Source: a virus. From it: a stretch of DNA of 64,000 nt. Positions 37,860 to 48,611 of the stretch are shown here, piece by piece. The stretch lies in IMG/VR virus record IMGVR_UViG_3300047462_000154, positions 1 through 64,000 of that record. One strand, given 5' to 3'. The notes beneath the pieces were generated by a model that made no database searches, was not told the origin of the DNA, and worked only from the letters and a program-made list of their open reading frames with translations. Position numbers and translations under genes: made by a program. Position 1 is the first letter of the stretch. Each line of letters begins with the position of its first letter.

Positions 37860-39227
37860 ATGAAAAATAATAATAAAAATATAGATGTAGAATTTAATGA
37901 AGACGTACAAAAAATATATTTGGAATGGTTTATCACAGAACCAAATATGTTTGCTTTATGCAGAAATATCATAAAGGTAGATTATTTTGATAATAATTTA
38001 CAAACCACTGCGCAATTCATCATTGATTATGCAAATGAAAATTCAACTTTGCCTTTACCAAATCAGATTAAAGCAAAAACTGGTGTTGAATTAAATAAAT
38101 TACCAGATGAATTAAAATCACATTCAATGTGGTTTATTAAGGAAATTGAAAAATTTTGTAGAACGAAAGCATTGGAATTAGCGGTATATTCTGGTGTTAA
38201 ATTAATCAATGAAAACAAAGGTGGAGAATTAGAAAAACGAATTAGAGATGCAATGTCAATCAGTCTTATGACTGATTTAGGAAGTAATTATTTTAAAGAT
38301 GATACGTTTTCTCGTTTAGAAAAAATGAAAGACAGGTCTGGTTTTATCAGCACTGGTTGGCATTCTCTTGATACAAAATTGTATGGTGGATTTACAAGGG
38401 GCGGCTTAAATGTGTTCGCTGGTGGTTCGGGTTCTGGCAAAAGTTTATTTTTACAAAATCTTGCAATAAATTGGGCAAGTTTTGGATATAATGTTGTTTA
38501 TTTTAGTTTAGAATTATCTGAATTATTAATTCAATTCAGATTAGATGCAATGGTTACGGAACAATCAACATCTGAAGTAATTAGAGATATCCCAAACGTT
38601 ACTGAAAAAATCAGAAAAATGGGACAAACTTCTGGTGATTTAATAATAAAACAAATGGGAAGTGGTACAACCATAAATGATTTTAGAGCATTTTTAAAAG
38701 AATATGAAATCAAAACAGGTAAACAATTTGATGCTATTGTTGTTGATTATTTGGATTTAATGCATCCTACAAATATCCAAATTAATCCAGGTGATTTATT
38801 TGTAAAGGACAAATACGTTGCTGAAGAATTGCGCGGCTTGATGCATGAATATGATGTTTTTGGCGCAACAGCATCGCAATTAAATCGAGGGTCCACGCAA
38901 AGTCAAGAGTTTGACCATAGCCATATTGCTGGTGGTATTTCAAAAATTAATACAGCAGATAACGTTTTTGGTATTTTTGCTCCAGATTCACTTAAAGATA
39001 AAGGCGAAATTGAATTGCAATTATTGAAAACAAGAAGTGCCGCTTCTTCTGGTCAAAAAATAAAATTGGCGTATGGAAGAGATACCATGAGAATTACAGA
39101 TAAAACAAATGGTAATGAAAACATAAAAACTGAATTAAAAAAAGAAATAAATTCAGCACCAAAAGAACAACCAAAGAAAAAATCTGCGATAGATTTAATT
39201 TCAGAAATGAAAAATAATTCAACTTGA
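37860..39227 (+). CDS. Replicative DNA helicase (gp41/DnaB-like)
   Basis: GGSGSGKS Walker A, SLEL, VVDYLDL, TASQLNR. Confidence 0.9.
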   Translation: MKNNNKNIDVEFNEDVQKIYLEWFITEPNMFALCRNIIKVDYFDNNLQTTAQFIIDYANENSTLPLPNQIKAKTGVELNKLPDELKSHSMWFIKEIEKFCRTKALELAVYSGVKLINENKGGELEKRIRDAMSISLMTDLGSNYFKDDTFSRLEKMKDRSGFISTGWHSLDTKLYGGFTRGGLNVFAGGSGSGKSLFLQNLAINWASFGYNVVYFSLELSELLIQFRLDAMVTEQSTSEVIRDIPNVTEKIRKMGQTSGDLIIKQMGSGTTINDFRAFLKEYEIKTGKQFDAIVVDYLDLMHPTNIQINPGDLFVKDKYVAEELRGLMHEYDVFGATASQLNRGSTQSQEFDHSHIAGGISKINTADNVFGIFAPDSLKDKGEIELQLLKTRSAASSGQKIKLAYGRDTMRITDKTNGNENIKTELKKEINSAPKEQPKKKSAIDLISEMKNNST

Positions 39228-39267
39228 ACAATACTTTATAAATAGTATAATTACTATTGGTGTTTTC

Positions 39268-39525
39268 ATGGACGAATTTGAACAAATGCGCTCTTTGATG
39301 AGATTAGTCGAAATATCCGACTATTCTCATCAAGATATCTATGAAACAGAAGAGGATAATACAATTCAAAATCCGCCAGATGTTATTGAAAAATTGAATT
39401 TATTGGTTACAAAATTACGTGACCATTATGAACCAGAAGAATCAGAAAAATCTGTTGGTGTTGAACTTGGTATGAATATGGCTGCTGATATGATTGAAAA
39501 TTTGATTAAAGAATTAAAAGGCTAA
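39268..39525 (+). CDS. Hypothetical late protein
   Basis: TATAAATA upstream (~39237). Confidence 0.6.
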   Translation: MDEFEQMRSLMRLVEISDYSHQDIYETEEDNTIQNPPDVIEKLNLLVTKLRDHYEPEESEKSVGVELGMNMAADMIENLIKELKG

Positions 39526-39529
39526 TAAA

Positions 39530-39790
39530 ATGACAGATAAAAAATTTACCAGTTTATTAACTGAATTGTCAGATTATGCGCCCAAAAAAGATAAAGACTT
39601 GTTCATTGAATCAAGAGCGCAACAAGTTATTGCATCTGCTGTTCATTTGTTGAAATTGATTAGAGAAAATTATGATGCAGAAACAGCAGAAGATTTAAGT
39701 AAGCGTCTTGTTCGTTCAATTTTGTCAGAAGATGAAGATAAGTTTCGTCGCAAAATTCGTGCTATTAAAGAAGGAAAATCTGATAAATGA
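39530..39790 (+). CDS. Hypothetical protein (head gene cluster)
   Basis: IESRA..VI.SA..L...I...Y....A..L..R. Confidence 0.65.
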   Translation: MTDKKFTSLLTELSDYAPKKDKDLFIESRAQQVIASAVHLLKLIRENYDAETAEDLSKRLVRSILSEDEDKFRRKIRAIKEGKSDK

Positions 39791-41160
39791 CAGATAAATT
39801 AAATGAATTTGATATTCCTGGTATTAGTCATATAAATGATTGGGTAAACAAACAAAAAGGTAAACAACAGGCAATTAATATTTCCAAAGTATTGATGAAA
39901 AAATACATGGAATATCTTGGAAGAAATAAATTAAAAGCTAATCCAGGAACAATTAAAAACTTCTTTGAAAGAACAGTAGAAGATGGTGAAGAATATGTTC
40001 AAGATGCAATGAAAGTTGCTGTTGATTTGGCAAAAGAAAAAGACCGTAAAAAATTAGACGCGCAAAGAAAACAAGAAGAAAAACAGCAACAAACTGCTAA
40101 ACCATCCTCACCGCCACAAAATCCTTCTGCATCTTCTGCTCAACCAAAACCAAATAATCCAAACCCAGGAAATCCACCAAATAATGGTGGTGGTGCTAAT
40201 CTTAATCCGCAACAATCATATGGCAAAACTCCATCTGGTAATTCAAGAGTTGAGCCATCTTTAAATAATCAAAGAACACAAGATTCAAAAACATTAACTA
40301 ATGATTTAGCGCATCCAAACCCCGCCAATTTAAAAAGAGATTTAACAGATTTACATGATTTATTATCTCAGGCAAATGCACAAGGTGGCGAAGAAAAACA
40401 ACAAGTTTTAAATTATTTGAGCACATTAAGAAATAACAAATTTCTTCAAAACAAATATCCACAATTTTCAAAAGCTATTCGCGGCGAAAGTACAAATCGA
40501 ATTGTTAATTTTGCAACTTTTCTTGTAGAATATGATTTGCGTTCTAAACATGCATTGAATGGTGCTTTGAATTTTCTTTATGAAGATGACCCTGTATATG
40601 GTTCATCACAACCACCACCATATAATTATCATCCACAACCAGCACCAGAGCCACAATCTAAACCAGAAGATTTAGATGCAGAAGAGAATTCCGCAAAAAA
40701 CAGAAATGATGAAATTAGAAAAAATAAAGAATTTCAAGATTTTTTAGATACTCAATTATCTAGAGGCGAAATCATGAAAATTCTTTATGCTGCTGCTACT
40801 GAAATGATTAATAGTGGTGATTTTTATTATGACCCGAATGAAAACAAGAAAAACCATAATGATTTTAGAGGAATATCAAATTCTCATAGAGGAAACACAA
40901 AACCCTCCAATCATAATGGAGGAAAACCAAATCATTATGCTGGAGAAGTAAAAATTGATAAATTTCGTTCATATCTTTCTAATTTATCAAAAGACGAAAA
41001 ACAAAATATACAATCAACTGACTATTTCAATGTAAAACAAGCAGTTAGGTATTCAGCAGATACAACAGTAGATGGTATTATTAGATATATTAAAAAAAAT
41101 AATTTAAAACCATTATCAGCTACGGCGATTCATTATCTGCACAAAAGCGAATTAGATTAA
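39787..41160 (+). CDS. Low-complexity (Q/N/P) probable virion internal protein
   Basis: Late operon; disordered linkers. Confidence 0.55.
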   Translation: MTDKLNEFDIPGISHINDWVNKQKGKQQAINISKVLMKKYMEYLGRNKLKANPGTIKNFFERTVEDGEEYVQDAMKVAVDLAKEKDRKKLDAQRKQEEKQQQTAKPSSPPQNPSASSAQPKPNNPNPGNPPNNGGGANLNPQQSYGKTPSGNSRVEPSLNNQRTQDSKTLTNDLAHPNPANLKRDLTDLHDLLSQANAQGGEEKQQVLNYLSTLRNNKFLQNKYPQFSKAIRGESTNRIVNFATFLVEYDLRSKHALNGALNFLYEDDPVYGSSQPPPYNYHPQPAPEPQSKPEDLDAEENSAKNRNDEIRKNKEFQDFLDTQLSRGEIMKILYAAATEMINSGDFYYDPNENKKNHNDFRGISNSHRGNTKPSNHNGGKPNHYAGEVKIDKFRSYLSNLSKDEKQNIQSTDYFNVKQAVRYSADTTVDGIIRYIKKNNLKPLSATAIHYLHKSELD

Positions 41161-41162
41161 TA

Positions 41163-41903
41163 ATGTTTGAGTTTATTGCAAATTTATCAGAAAGTTTGTT
41201 GTTTTCATCCAAAACAGCAGTTGAAAGTTATAAAGAAAAAGAATTAGCAGAAATTGCTTATCTTTCAATTATAACTTTGCGCATTCTTTTGTGGAGCGAT
41301 GAATTTAAAGATGTGGCTAAATCCTATTGTAAGAGAACCACACACGGCTCTGATTTTGAATCTTGGCGCACAGATGCCACAGATTTATATGCAGCCATGT
41401 ATGGGCTTGTAAACGATTCTGACCGCTATGAATTATGTTCCAAAAAAGTTTGGTTATGGTTGCATAAAGCATCACAAGGACATTTAAGTCACAACAAATC
41501 AGATGAGTTATTTGTTAAATTGGATTACTATTTTCATATCAATAACGAATCCATGCGCGCTGTTAGAAGATTGGCTATGGAATTCTATAAACTTAATAGA
41601 ACAGAACAAAAACTATGTATTACAAGATTAATTCAATTATTACGTCATAGAGCATTAAAATCAGAATTGTTCAAAGAATTAAAAGAATATGCATCAACTC
41701 ATAATTACGAAATCAAAGACGCAAATGACCCAGAAAATAAACCAAATATTCTAAAAGGGTTTCATGAAAACGCTTCTGCTGGTGCTACAAGTGCTGCATC
41801 GATTGCAAGCGTTGCTGGTGGTCTTGGGGCAGGGTTTGATAATGATTATTCAAAATCTGTATATGGAAAACAAAAACCAATTGTAATTAGAAGAAATCCA
41901 TGA
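41163..41903 (+). CDS. Probable virion protein
   Basis: MFEFIANLSE N-terminus; ENASAGATSAASIA. Confidence 0.55.
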   Translation: MFEFIANLSESLLFSSKTAVESYKEKELAEIAYLSIITLRILLWSDEFKDVAKSYCKRTTHGSDFESWRTDATDLYAAMYGLVNDSDRYELCSKKVWLWLHKASQGHLSHNKSDELFVKLDYYFHINNESMRAVRRLAMEFYKLNRTEQKLCITRLIQLLRHRALKSELFKELKEYASTHNYEIKDANDPENKPNILKGFHENASAGATSAASIASVAGGLGAGFDNDYSKSVYGKQKPIVIRRNP

Positions 41904-42316
41904 AATTATCTGATATATTAGAAAGCAAAATCATAACTGAATCATATAATGAACCATATAGTATTAAATTATATGAATATTCTACGGAAGCTACTGTTAG
42001 ATTTAATATGAATGATATCAAACAAGAAAAAGAAGATAATTTGAGAGAAAGTATTAATTTAATAAGAGATACATATAGAAATAAAAATATTGATGAAGAA
42101 ACAAGAAAACAAATATTTGAAATGATATCTGATGTTTATTATGATAGACAAGGAACAGTTGATAACAAGTATCAAGAAGATTTAAATAAAATTGCACATG
42201 CTTTTTATGTTCTTTTAGAAACAAAACTACAAGAATATATTGTTGTAAAAAACGAACATTTCAACATAAAACTGCAAGAATTGCAACAACAAATCAAAGA
42301 AAAATTTGGTGTTTAA
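41900..42316 (+). CDS. Hypothetical protein; tag MKLSDILE
   Basis: ORF in a late operon. Confidence 0.55.
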   Translation: MKLSDILESKIITESYNEPYSIKLYEYSTEATVRFNMNDIKQEKEDNLRESINLIRDTYRNKNIDEETRKQIFEMISDVYYDRQGTVDNKYQEDLNKIAHAFYVLLETKLQEYIVVKNEHFNIKLQELQQQIKEKFGV

Positions 42317-43438
42317 ATGGACGTTGTAAAAACCGTTCCAGTAAGACTAATTGATGATTACGAAATACATCTAGCAACCGCATTTCAAGAAATAGTGAAT
42401 TTAGGTTTAGAAGCATTTCCATCAAAAGGAAAAGGTACAGATTTAGCAAAATATAAAATATTCAAAAAATCACTTATCAAATATTCAAATTATCCATTTG
42501 TCAAACCAATCATGCAAAAAGTTAAAGAATGGGATATTGAATTAATTGATATTTTTCAAGCGAAAAGACATGCTTTAACAAAAAATCAAGAAATACTCAA
42601 AATGTCTGCTAATCTAACAAATCTTTTCTTATCAGGTAATATTGATTCCGCATATGAATACGCAAAATCAATCGAAAATACGGTAGCAAATAATAAAAAA
42701 AGAAATTATGATGTTAATTCTTACATTGGTAAAAAACACAATCCATTACATATAGAAAATCCTTTGTTCTTCGGAAGATATGGTTTATTAAACCAATTTG
42801 AAAAAGATGATATGATTGATATAAAAAATAAAAACCTTAATGAATATAAATGGACATATTTGTCTTTGCCAGAAAATAAAATGAGTGATTTTGAATATAT
42901 TGTTCATTGGATTCAAGAATTAAAAAACAATCCAAATCCAGTAGAATTATCTCCTGGATTATATAACAAATATTCTGAATTTACATATTCTTCATCAGAA
43001 TTTGAAGAATTGAAAAAAACATTAGAACAATATTTGCATGGAAATAACAAAAATCTTATTCCAAAAATTATTGAATTGTTGAATAAAATTCCAGATTTAA
43101 ATCAAACCAATGAAGACCAAAAAGAAAAAATAACAGAAGTGTATCGTGGGATTGCCATTGAAGAAGGGACAACAAAAAAAAATATTGTAGAACAAGAAAA
43201 ACGCAACAAATTTGTTGCAACATCTAAAAGACGTTATACAGCGAAGAAATTCGCATTTCGTCTTGGACATTTGGAAAGTATGGAAAATAGACGTTCTGAT
43301 TATGGAGCAATTATAACATATGAAACAACACCAGATTCTATTTTAATTGATACAAGTATTCTTGGCGGAGTTTTTGGTGAATCAGAAGTTATTATTGATG
43401 TATCAAAAGCAAAAATTAAAGATATAGATTTCGTATAA
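42317..43438 (+). CDS. Protein with C-terminal R-S-E ART-like domain
   Basis: VYRGI...VATS...A..F...ESEVII. Confidence 0.6.
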   Translation: MDVVKTVPVRLIDDYEIHLATAFQEIVNLGLEAFPSKGKGTDLAKYKIFKKSLIKYSNYPFVKPIMQKVKEWDIELIDIFQAKRHALTKNQEILKMSANLTNLFLSGNIDSAYEYAKSIENTVANNKKRNYDVNSYIGKKHNPLHIENPLFFGRYGLLNQFEKDDMIDIKNKNLNEYKWTYLSLPENKMSDFEYIVHWIQELKNNPNPVELSPGLYNKYSEFTYSSSEFEELKKTLEQYLHGNNKNLIPKIIELLNKIPDLNQTNEDQKEKITEVYRGIAIEEGTTKKNIVEQEKRNKFVATSKRRYTAKKFAFRLGHLESMENRRSDYGAIITYETTPDSILIDTSILGGVFGESEVIIDVSKAKIKDIDFV

Positions 43439-43446
43439 ATATTTAA

Positions 43447-44730
43447 ATGAAATATATAGAAATTTTAGAATCGCGTTTAGACGAAATTGATGTTGGTCAT
43501 ATTGAACATGGTGATGCAGACAAATATTACGGATATAGTTTAAACGGAAAACTTCATACATATCCAAAAAATTCTGATAGTTATGAACAAGATATGAAAA
43601 AAGATTGGCGCGGCGGTAATGGTAACGATAATCCAATATTCAAACAGGATTATTCAAAAGCAATATCAACACCATCTCATTTTGTTGTTGATAATAGAAA
43701 CAAAGCAGTTAATTTAAATGTTGATATAACAAGTGAATTTCAATCCAGAAGAGAAAATAAAAAAATAGATTCATATAATCAAGAAGGCAATAAAGATTTT
43801 TATCCCATAATTGACCACAATGTTTCATTTAAAAAAACAATTGATTTAATAAAAAATTTAAAAGCACTTGTAAAAATTGATTCAAAAACACTTGATTATC
43901 ATGTAATAGGTGATGATAGAATTCCAAAAAATACAACAGTTAGAGATATCATTTCAAATAATGTTTCATTAGATAAACATACAGATTTGTATGATTCAAA
44001 TAAAGATTTCATCATAACATATCATGGCACTTCAATGAAACGTGCCAGTATTATTTTGAAACAAGGTTTAATACCATCAAAAAGACAAGAACAATATGGA
44101 GATTTGTTAGATGATTATAGCGAACATAATGTTTATTTGACTTTGGAACCAAATGAAGCAGCCAATTATGCAACTCGTGAAGCCATTAATGATGGTTCTA
44201 ACCCAGTTATTTTAAAAGTGTTGGTAAAGAAAACAGATTTTTCAAAATTAAGACCTGATGAAGATGCGATGAGTTGGTTTGACTATTTGGACAAAAATAT
44301 ATTAGCTAAGTTTTTTGAAAGAAATCCAATTTTAAAAGATTTGGAATTAAATTTTCATATCGGTCATCTTGACAAAAAAAATAAATTGGTAGATATTCAT
44401 TATAAATTAGAACCAAATATGTATCATCCAAAAGCACATATTGAAGCCAAAAAAATATTCAAAAAATATGGTTTGACTACACCAGAAAAAATTCAAGCAG
44501 AAGAACATAAATTATATAATGATTTAATGCAGACATTTGTTTCTGGTTCGTTTAATAAAAGTTTTAAAGAGAATGGCACTTTTGCCTATAAAGGAGTTAT
44601 TTTGCCAAAATTTATTTCAATGTTTAAAACATGGAAAATTAAGGGTTCTAAATTTAGCTCAAAAAATTCTAATGATTATTTAAACGCTTATAATAAACAA
44701 CAAGCAACAAAACAATATTTCGATAAATAA
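43447..44730 (+). CDS. ART-fold (H-Y type) protein; tag MKYIEILE
   Basis: YHGTS..A..I..QGL.PS...VYLT....A.NYA...PVILKV; TAAATA 5 nt upstream. Confidence 0.65.
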   Translation: MKYIEILESRLDEIDVGHIEHGDADKYYGYSLNGKLHTYPKNSDSYEQDMKKDWRGGNGNDNPIFKQDYSKAISTPSHFVVDNRNKAVNLNVDITSEFQSRRENKKIDSYNQEGNKDFYPIIDHNVSFKKTIDLIKNLKALVKIDSKTLDYHVIGDDRIPKNTTVRDIISNNVSLDKHTDLYDSNKDFIITYHGTSMKRASIILKQGLIPSKRQEQYGDLLDDYSEHNVYLTLEPNEAANYATREAINDGSNPVILKVLVKKTDFSKLRPDEDAMSWFDYLDKNILAKFFERNPILKDLELNFHIGHLDKKNKLVDIHYKLEPNMYHPKAHIEAKKIFKKYGLTTPEKIQAEEHKLYNDLMQTFVSGSFNKSFKENGTFAYKGVILPKFISMFKTWKIKGSKFSSKNSNDYLNAYNKQQATKQYFDK

Positions 44731-44967
44731 ATCACATGTTATTAAAAGAAATTTTTGAATTATCAATGAAGCATTGAATGTCGAAATGACCGCAAATCGT
44801 TTCGGTCGCCCGTTGAAAGTGAAATTGTTTTAAATAATGCATCAATATCTACCTTTGTAGATATTTCATTAAATTCATACTTCTTATAATTTGTTTGAAA
44901 CTTGTCTAAACACTTTGATAGATTATCTATTTTCATAAAAGAAGATTATCTTTGAAAGAATATTTTG

Positions 44968-45393
44968 TCAATACCTTTGATAATAATCACTGGTAAAATA
45001 ATATCGAACAATAGTTCCATTTTTAATCGATGCATCATATGGAATGATACTAAAACATCCTATCAAAACACCAACTATATTATTACCATCAAACAAAACT
45101 AAATCACTTTTATAACTTGCACAAATTCTTAAATCATAATTCAAACATGTGCTCATTTTCTCAACAAATGTTTGGTCATATTCAATATCACAACTTATAG
45201 TTGAACCATATAAAGATAATGCCGTTGGACAATTCCAAACAACATTAGAAATTTTAATAGATTGATTGTTTAAAGATATTTGCGTGCAAGGTATTTGAAT
45301 AATTTGATGATGTGGATGAATATATGCGAATGGTTCAAGAACATTTTTTTGTTTATAATTAAAAATATTTGACAATAATGATAAAAGTTTCAT
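44968..45393 (-). CDS. Hypothetical protein
   Basis: ORF. Confidence 0.5.
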   Translation of the reverse strand: MKLLSLLSNIFNYKQKNVLEPFAYIHPHHQIIQIPCTQISLNNQSIKISNVVWNCPTALSLYGSTISCDIEYDQTFVEKMSTCLNYDLRICASYKSDLVLFDGNNIVGVLIGCFSIIPYDASIKNGTIVRYYFTSDYYQRY

Positions 45394-45429
45394 TTTATAA
45401 AATTAAAATATTTTAGAAAAATAATCAAT

Positions 45430-45460
45430 AAAAAAGCCAGGAAAATTTCCTGGCTTTTTG
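45430..45460 (-). terminator. Intrinsic terminator after 45486-45893
   Basis: AAAAAGCCAGGAAA/TTTCCTGGCTTTTT. Confidence 0.75.
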
Positions 45461-45485
45461 TAAATAGAAGATTTTAAATAATCTA

Positions 45486-45893
45486 TTATGGGATAACGTT
45501 GGTAAGAACGGTTGCAGATAAAAGATTATCTGTACCAAAGCCATAGTTAACGCCGTTGACCTGTATAGAACCAACCAAAGTTGTGGTTGTTGGTAATGTT
45601 GAATAAGTACCAGCAGTCCATGAACCAGGATGCTCAATTGCGAAAAGCAATGAGTATGTGCCAGCGGAACCAGTTGGGTTATTCAAAATCACAGGCTGTC
45701 CATTCAATGAAATAATCTCAACGAGTTTATTCAAAGCAGCTTGTGAAGTGGCAGAACCACCAACTTGTGTTGATGTGAGGATATTTACCGAAGTATTGAG
45801 GGTCCAAAAATCTAAACCTATAACCAATGCTTGATCATTAGATGCATTGTCAGCAGCGGATTGTTTAACAACCCCAAATGTATAGTCAACCAT
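45486..45893 (-). CDS. Probable virion structural protein
   Basis: Own TATAAATA promoter, AAGGA SD and terminator; Thr/Ser/Gly-rich. Confidence 0.6.
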   Translation of the reverse strand: MVDYTFGVVKQSAADNASNDQALVIGLDFWTLNTSVNILTSTQVGGSATSQAALNKLVEIISLNGQPVILNNPTGSAGTYSLLFAIEHPGSWTAGTYSTLPTTTTLVGSIQVNGVNYGFGTDNLLSATVLTNVIP

Positions 45894-46025
45894 ATTAATA
45901 TTTCCTTATAGAATAGTTGTGTAATTGTATTTATAAAATTAATTTAAAAATTAACTGTTAGCATTATTTTATTAAATACAATTTTTGCTAAATACAATAA
46001 ACTTATTAAATCCAAAGGACTATCT

Positions 46026-46184
46026 GTGAAAATATCTGAAATGTTTGGTGATTCTTTTTCTCACAAAAAGATTGTTTGGAAAAAACGTGGTGATAATATC
46101 GAACGTTGTGAAGTAGAAATTGCGCCAGTATTTAATTCAAATTTAAATACAAAAATTGAAATACAGGATAAAGAACAATCATGA
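46026..46184 (+). CDS. 52-aa late protein MKISEMFG...
   Basis: GTG start after AAGGA; TAAATA upstream; ATGA overlap with the next gene; absent from the ORF track. Confidence 0.5.
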   Translation: MKISEMFGDSFSHKKIVWKKRGDNIERCEVEIAPVFNSNLNTKIEIQDKEQS

Positions 46185-47293
46185 GCACATATTTGGAAAA
46201 ATTAGCTAAATTACTTAACATCAAAGGTGATGAAGCAGAAAAACTTCTTGATGCTTCAGATATTTCTGAATTAGTTTCTTTGACTGTTGCTGTTAATAAT
46301 AATGACAAACAAGCTGGTTTAGATATAATGCATAAAATTGAAGGTAAAACTAATTTTTTTATTGGTGAACCAGTTAATGTAAATGGCGAAAAAGCAACAG
46401 TAATTGAACCAGATGCTCCTGGTAATACAATGAAAATATCTAAAGGTGGAGTTCCAGAAATGGTTGATAAAAAAGATGTGGAAAAAATTGAAGAAGCCGT
46501 TGGATTTAAATTGAAATGGCGTATTAATGAAAAACCAACTGGTCAATATCGGTCTTTTGCAAAACGTCAATTTCCTGGTGCTGACTATCCAAATGGAAAA
46601 ATTGCCGTGGCTATTAGATGTGAGGATTCATATGTTCCAGCAAATGTAAAATCTGGTGAACATAAACCATTAGATGTTTTGATTGCAGATTGGAATAATG
46701 AAACCACAGATGGTAGACCAACATTTAGATGGCGAAAACTCAAAAAGCAATTTGCTACATTAGGCGAAGCAAAAACTGCTGCCACTGAATTTCTTGCAAA
46801 ACATCCTGAATTTCATCCAAAAGACGAACCAAAGAAAATTGAAGAAGGTGTAATTGGCATGACTTCAATTCCTGGAATTGATAGAATGAAAGTATTGGCT
46901 GGCATTAAACCACAAGGTTCTGTTGGTCCTGGTGAAACTAATGACCCCAATAATTCTCAAAACAGTAATGCAACAAATGTTAATTCAAATTCTCCAAATA
47001 CTCAACAACAAGAAGTTCCAAATAATGAGAGGGATTTGCCAAATGATATTGGTAAATTGAAAGATATGATTTTAAAAAACAATGAAAATGTTAAAGAGGA
47101 AGTTCAATATATTAGTTTACAAATTGCTGAACAAGATGTTTGTGAAGTTTGTTTGAATGCGATTGAAACATTAGAAAATAATATTGATGAATTAAAAGTT
47201 GGTGATTTATCTGAAGTTCGTTCAAGACTATTGAAATTGTATAATCATTTAAATGAATCGGTTTCTTTTACTGGCAGACAAAAGAAAGTATAA
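46181..47293 (+). CDS. Probable prohead/internal protein
   Basis: Late operon; KIEE processing-like sites flank an inserted domain. Confidence 0.55.
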   Translation: MSTYLEKLAKLLNIKGDEAEKLLDASDISELVSLTVAVNNNDKQAGLDIMHKIEGKTNFFIGEPVNVNGEKATVIEPDAPGNTMKISKGGVPEMVDKKDVEKIEEAVGFKLKWRINEKPTGQYRSFAKRQFPGADYPNGKIAVAIRCEDSYVPANVKSGEHKPLDVLIADWNNETTDGRPTFRWRKLKKQFATLGEAKTAATEFLAKHPEFHPKDEPKKIEEGVIGMTSIPGIDRMKVLAGIKPQGSVGPGETNDPNNSQNSNATNVNSNSPNTQQQEVPNNERDLPNDIGKLKDMILKNNENVKEEVQYISLQIAEQDVCEVCLNAIETLENNIDELKVGDLSEVRSRLLKLYNHLNESVSFTGRQKKV

Positions 47294-47643
47294 TGGAATC
47301 AATTGGTATTGATATGTTTGATGCAATTAACTGGTTACAGGATGAATATGGTTATATTCGTCATGTAGCTGAGAAGATAATTGTTGAATCTATTAAAACT
47401 GGAAAAATTATTATATCTGAGAATGGTGTTTATTTGACTGAATCTGACGAAGAATTTGAAGAAAATAGCAAAGGTTTAGCGCACAATATTTCTAGAAAAT
47501 ATTCAAGAACTCAATTTAGAAATCACAATCGAATAAAAAGTGCAAGAAAAATGGCTAATAAAATGTCAAGTAATAATAATGGTGATGAAGCTGCTGATAA
47601 TATGTTAAGACCTATTATTGAAGATGATGAGACTGATAAATGA
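47293..47643 (+). CDS. Hypothetical late protein
   Basis: ORF in operon. Confidence 0.55.
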   Translation: MESIGIDMFDAINWLQDEYGYIRHVAEKIIVESIKTGKIIISENGVYLTESDEEFEENSKGLAHNISRKYSRTQFRNHNRIKSARKMANKMSSNNNGDEAADNMLRPIIEDDETDK

Positions 47644-47870
47644 GATATTTAGAAATTGCATCTGGCATTAGAACCATTGTAAACATGGAAGAACAAGAAA
47701 TTATTGATGGTGCAAAAAATGGCATTATTACTGGTTTTAATTCTTGTGATGAACGCAAAAAAGAAATTATTAGGAAAATGATTGAAAAAAATATTTTAAC
47801 TTTGCATAAGCTTAATGGTAAGAAGGTAATTGCTGTAAATTCAGTAAATGATATTTGGAGAGACAGATGA
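47640..47870 (+). CDS. Hypothetical late protein (MRYLEI)
   Basis: ORF in operon. Confidence 0.6.
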   Translation: MRYLEIASGIRTIVNMEEQEIIDGAKNGIITGFNSCDERKKEIIRKMIEKNILTLHKLNGKKVIAVNSVNDIWRDR

Positions 47871-48439
47871 GTAATATTTCAGAGATGGCGCGATTAATGG
47901 ACATTATGAATGGTAAGAAAACTTCTGCTGTTTCTGGTAATGTTGATGCTAAAACTGATTCTATGAAGAAGATTTTAGAAGCATTTTATGGTATGAGTGC
48001 GAATGCTGTTGAGACTGCCAAAGAGATTAAAGAAGTAAGAGAAGCGTATTTGACAGAAGAAACTGCGACTGGCGTTAAGATTGCTAATTGGTATATTGAT
48101 TGTTCTAAACAAAGTAATTTAAAAACTTATAGTATTCGTGAAGAATATTCTAGTTCTTATTTGGTTCATGATTTGGTTTTATATGAAGCGGCTTATGGTT
48201 TAGTTAAATTATTATTGGCAAATGAGGGTTTAGAATCCAATAATGTGAATATGATTTTGAAATTAGAATCAGATTATTCGAAATTTTTAAATGATGCTAT
48301 TAATTATAAACACATGTTATCAAGCAAAAATTTAAATGAGTCTAAACGCGCTATTTTGGAAGACAGATATGAATCTGCAAAATATTCTGCGGTTGCTGCA
48401 AAAAATCGTATAATGCAATTGTATAATGAAAAAATGTAA
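47867..48439 (+). CDS. Hypothetical late protein
   Basis: DL.LYEAA..LVKLL motif; GGAG SD. Confidence 0.6.
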   Translation: MSNISEMARLMDIMNGKKTSAVSGNVDAKTDSMKKILEAFYGMSANAVETAKEIKEVREAYLTEETATGVKIANWYIDCSKQSNLKTYSIREEYSSSYLVHDLVLYEAAYGLVKLLLANEGLESNNVNMILKLESDYSKFLNDAINYKHMLSSKNLNESKRAILEDRYESAKYSAVAAKNRIMQLYNEKM

Positions 48440-48569
48440 ATCTTGTAAGACACCAGAAACTTGTGAAAAACAGGAAAAATGTGAAAAAATTAAATTTAAA
48501 GAATCTTTAAAAAATCCAGTAATTTGCAAAAAAGAAATTTGTGATTGTGGAAAGCAGGATTGCAAGTAA
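48426..48569 (+). CDS. 47-aa Cys/Lys-rich peptide (8 Cys)
   Basis: MKKCKSCKTPETCEKQEKCEKIKFKESLKNPVICKKEICDCGKQDCK; fills the intergenic gap. Confidence 0.45.
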   Translation: MKKCKSCKTPETCEKQEKCEKIKFKESLKNPVICKKEICDCGKQDCK

Positions 48570-48611
48570 AATCTTATAAAGAATAAATACCTGAAAATGG
48601 ATTAATTCTTT

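Noticed and set aside
41900-43438. Stop-codon read-through or recoding fusing 41900 and 42317
   Set aside because: TAA-ATG in-frame junctions also occur between clearly separate genes (10817/10818, 29152/29153, 32862/32863); no suppressor tRNA is seen and core genes are intact in code 11
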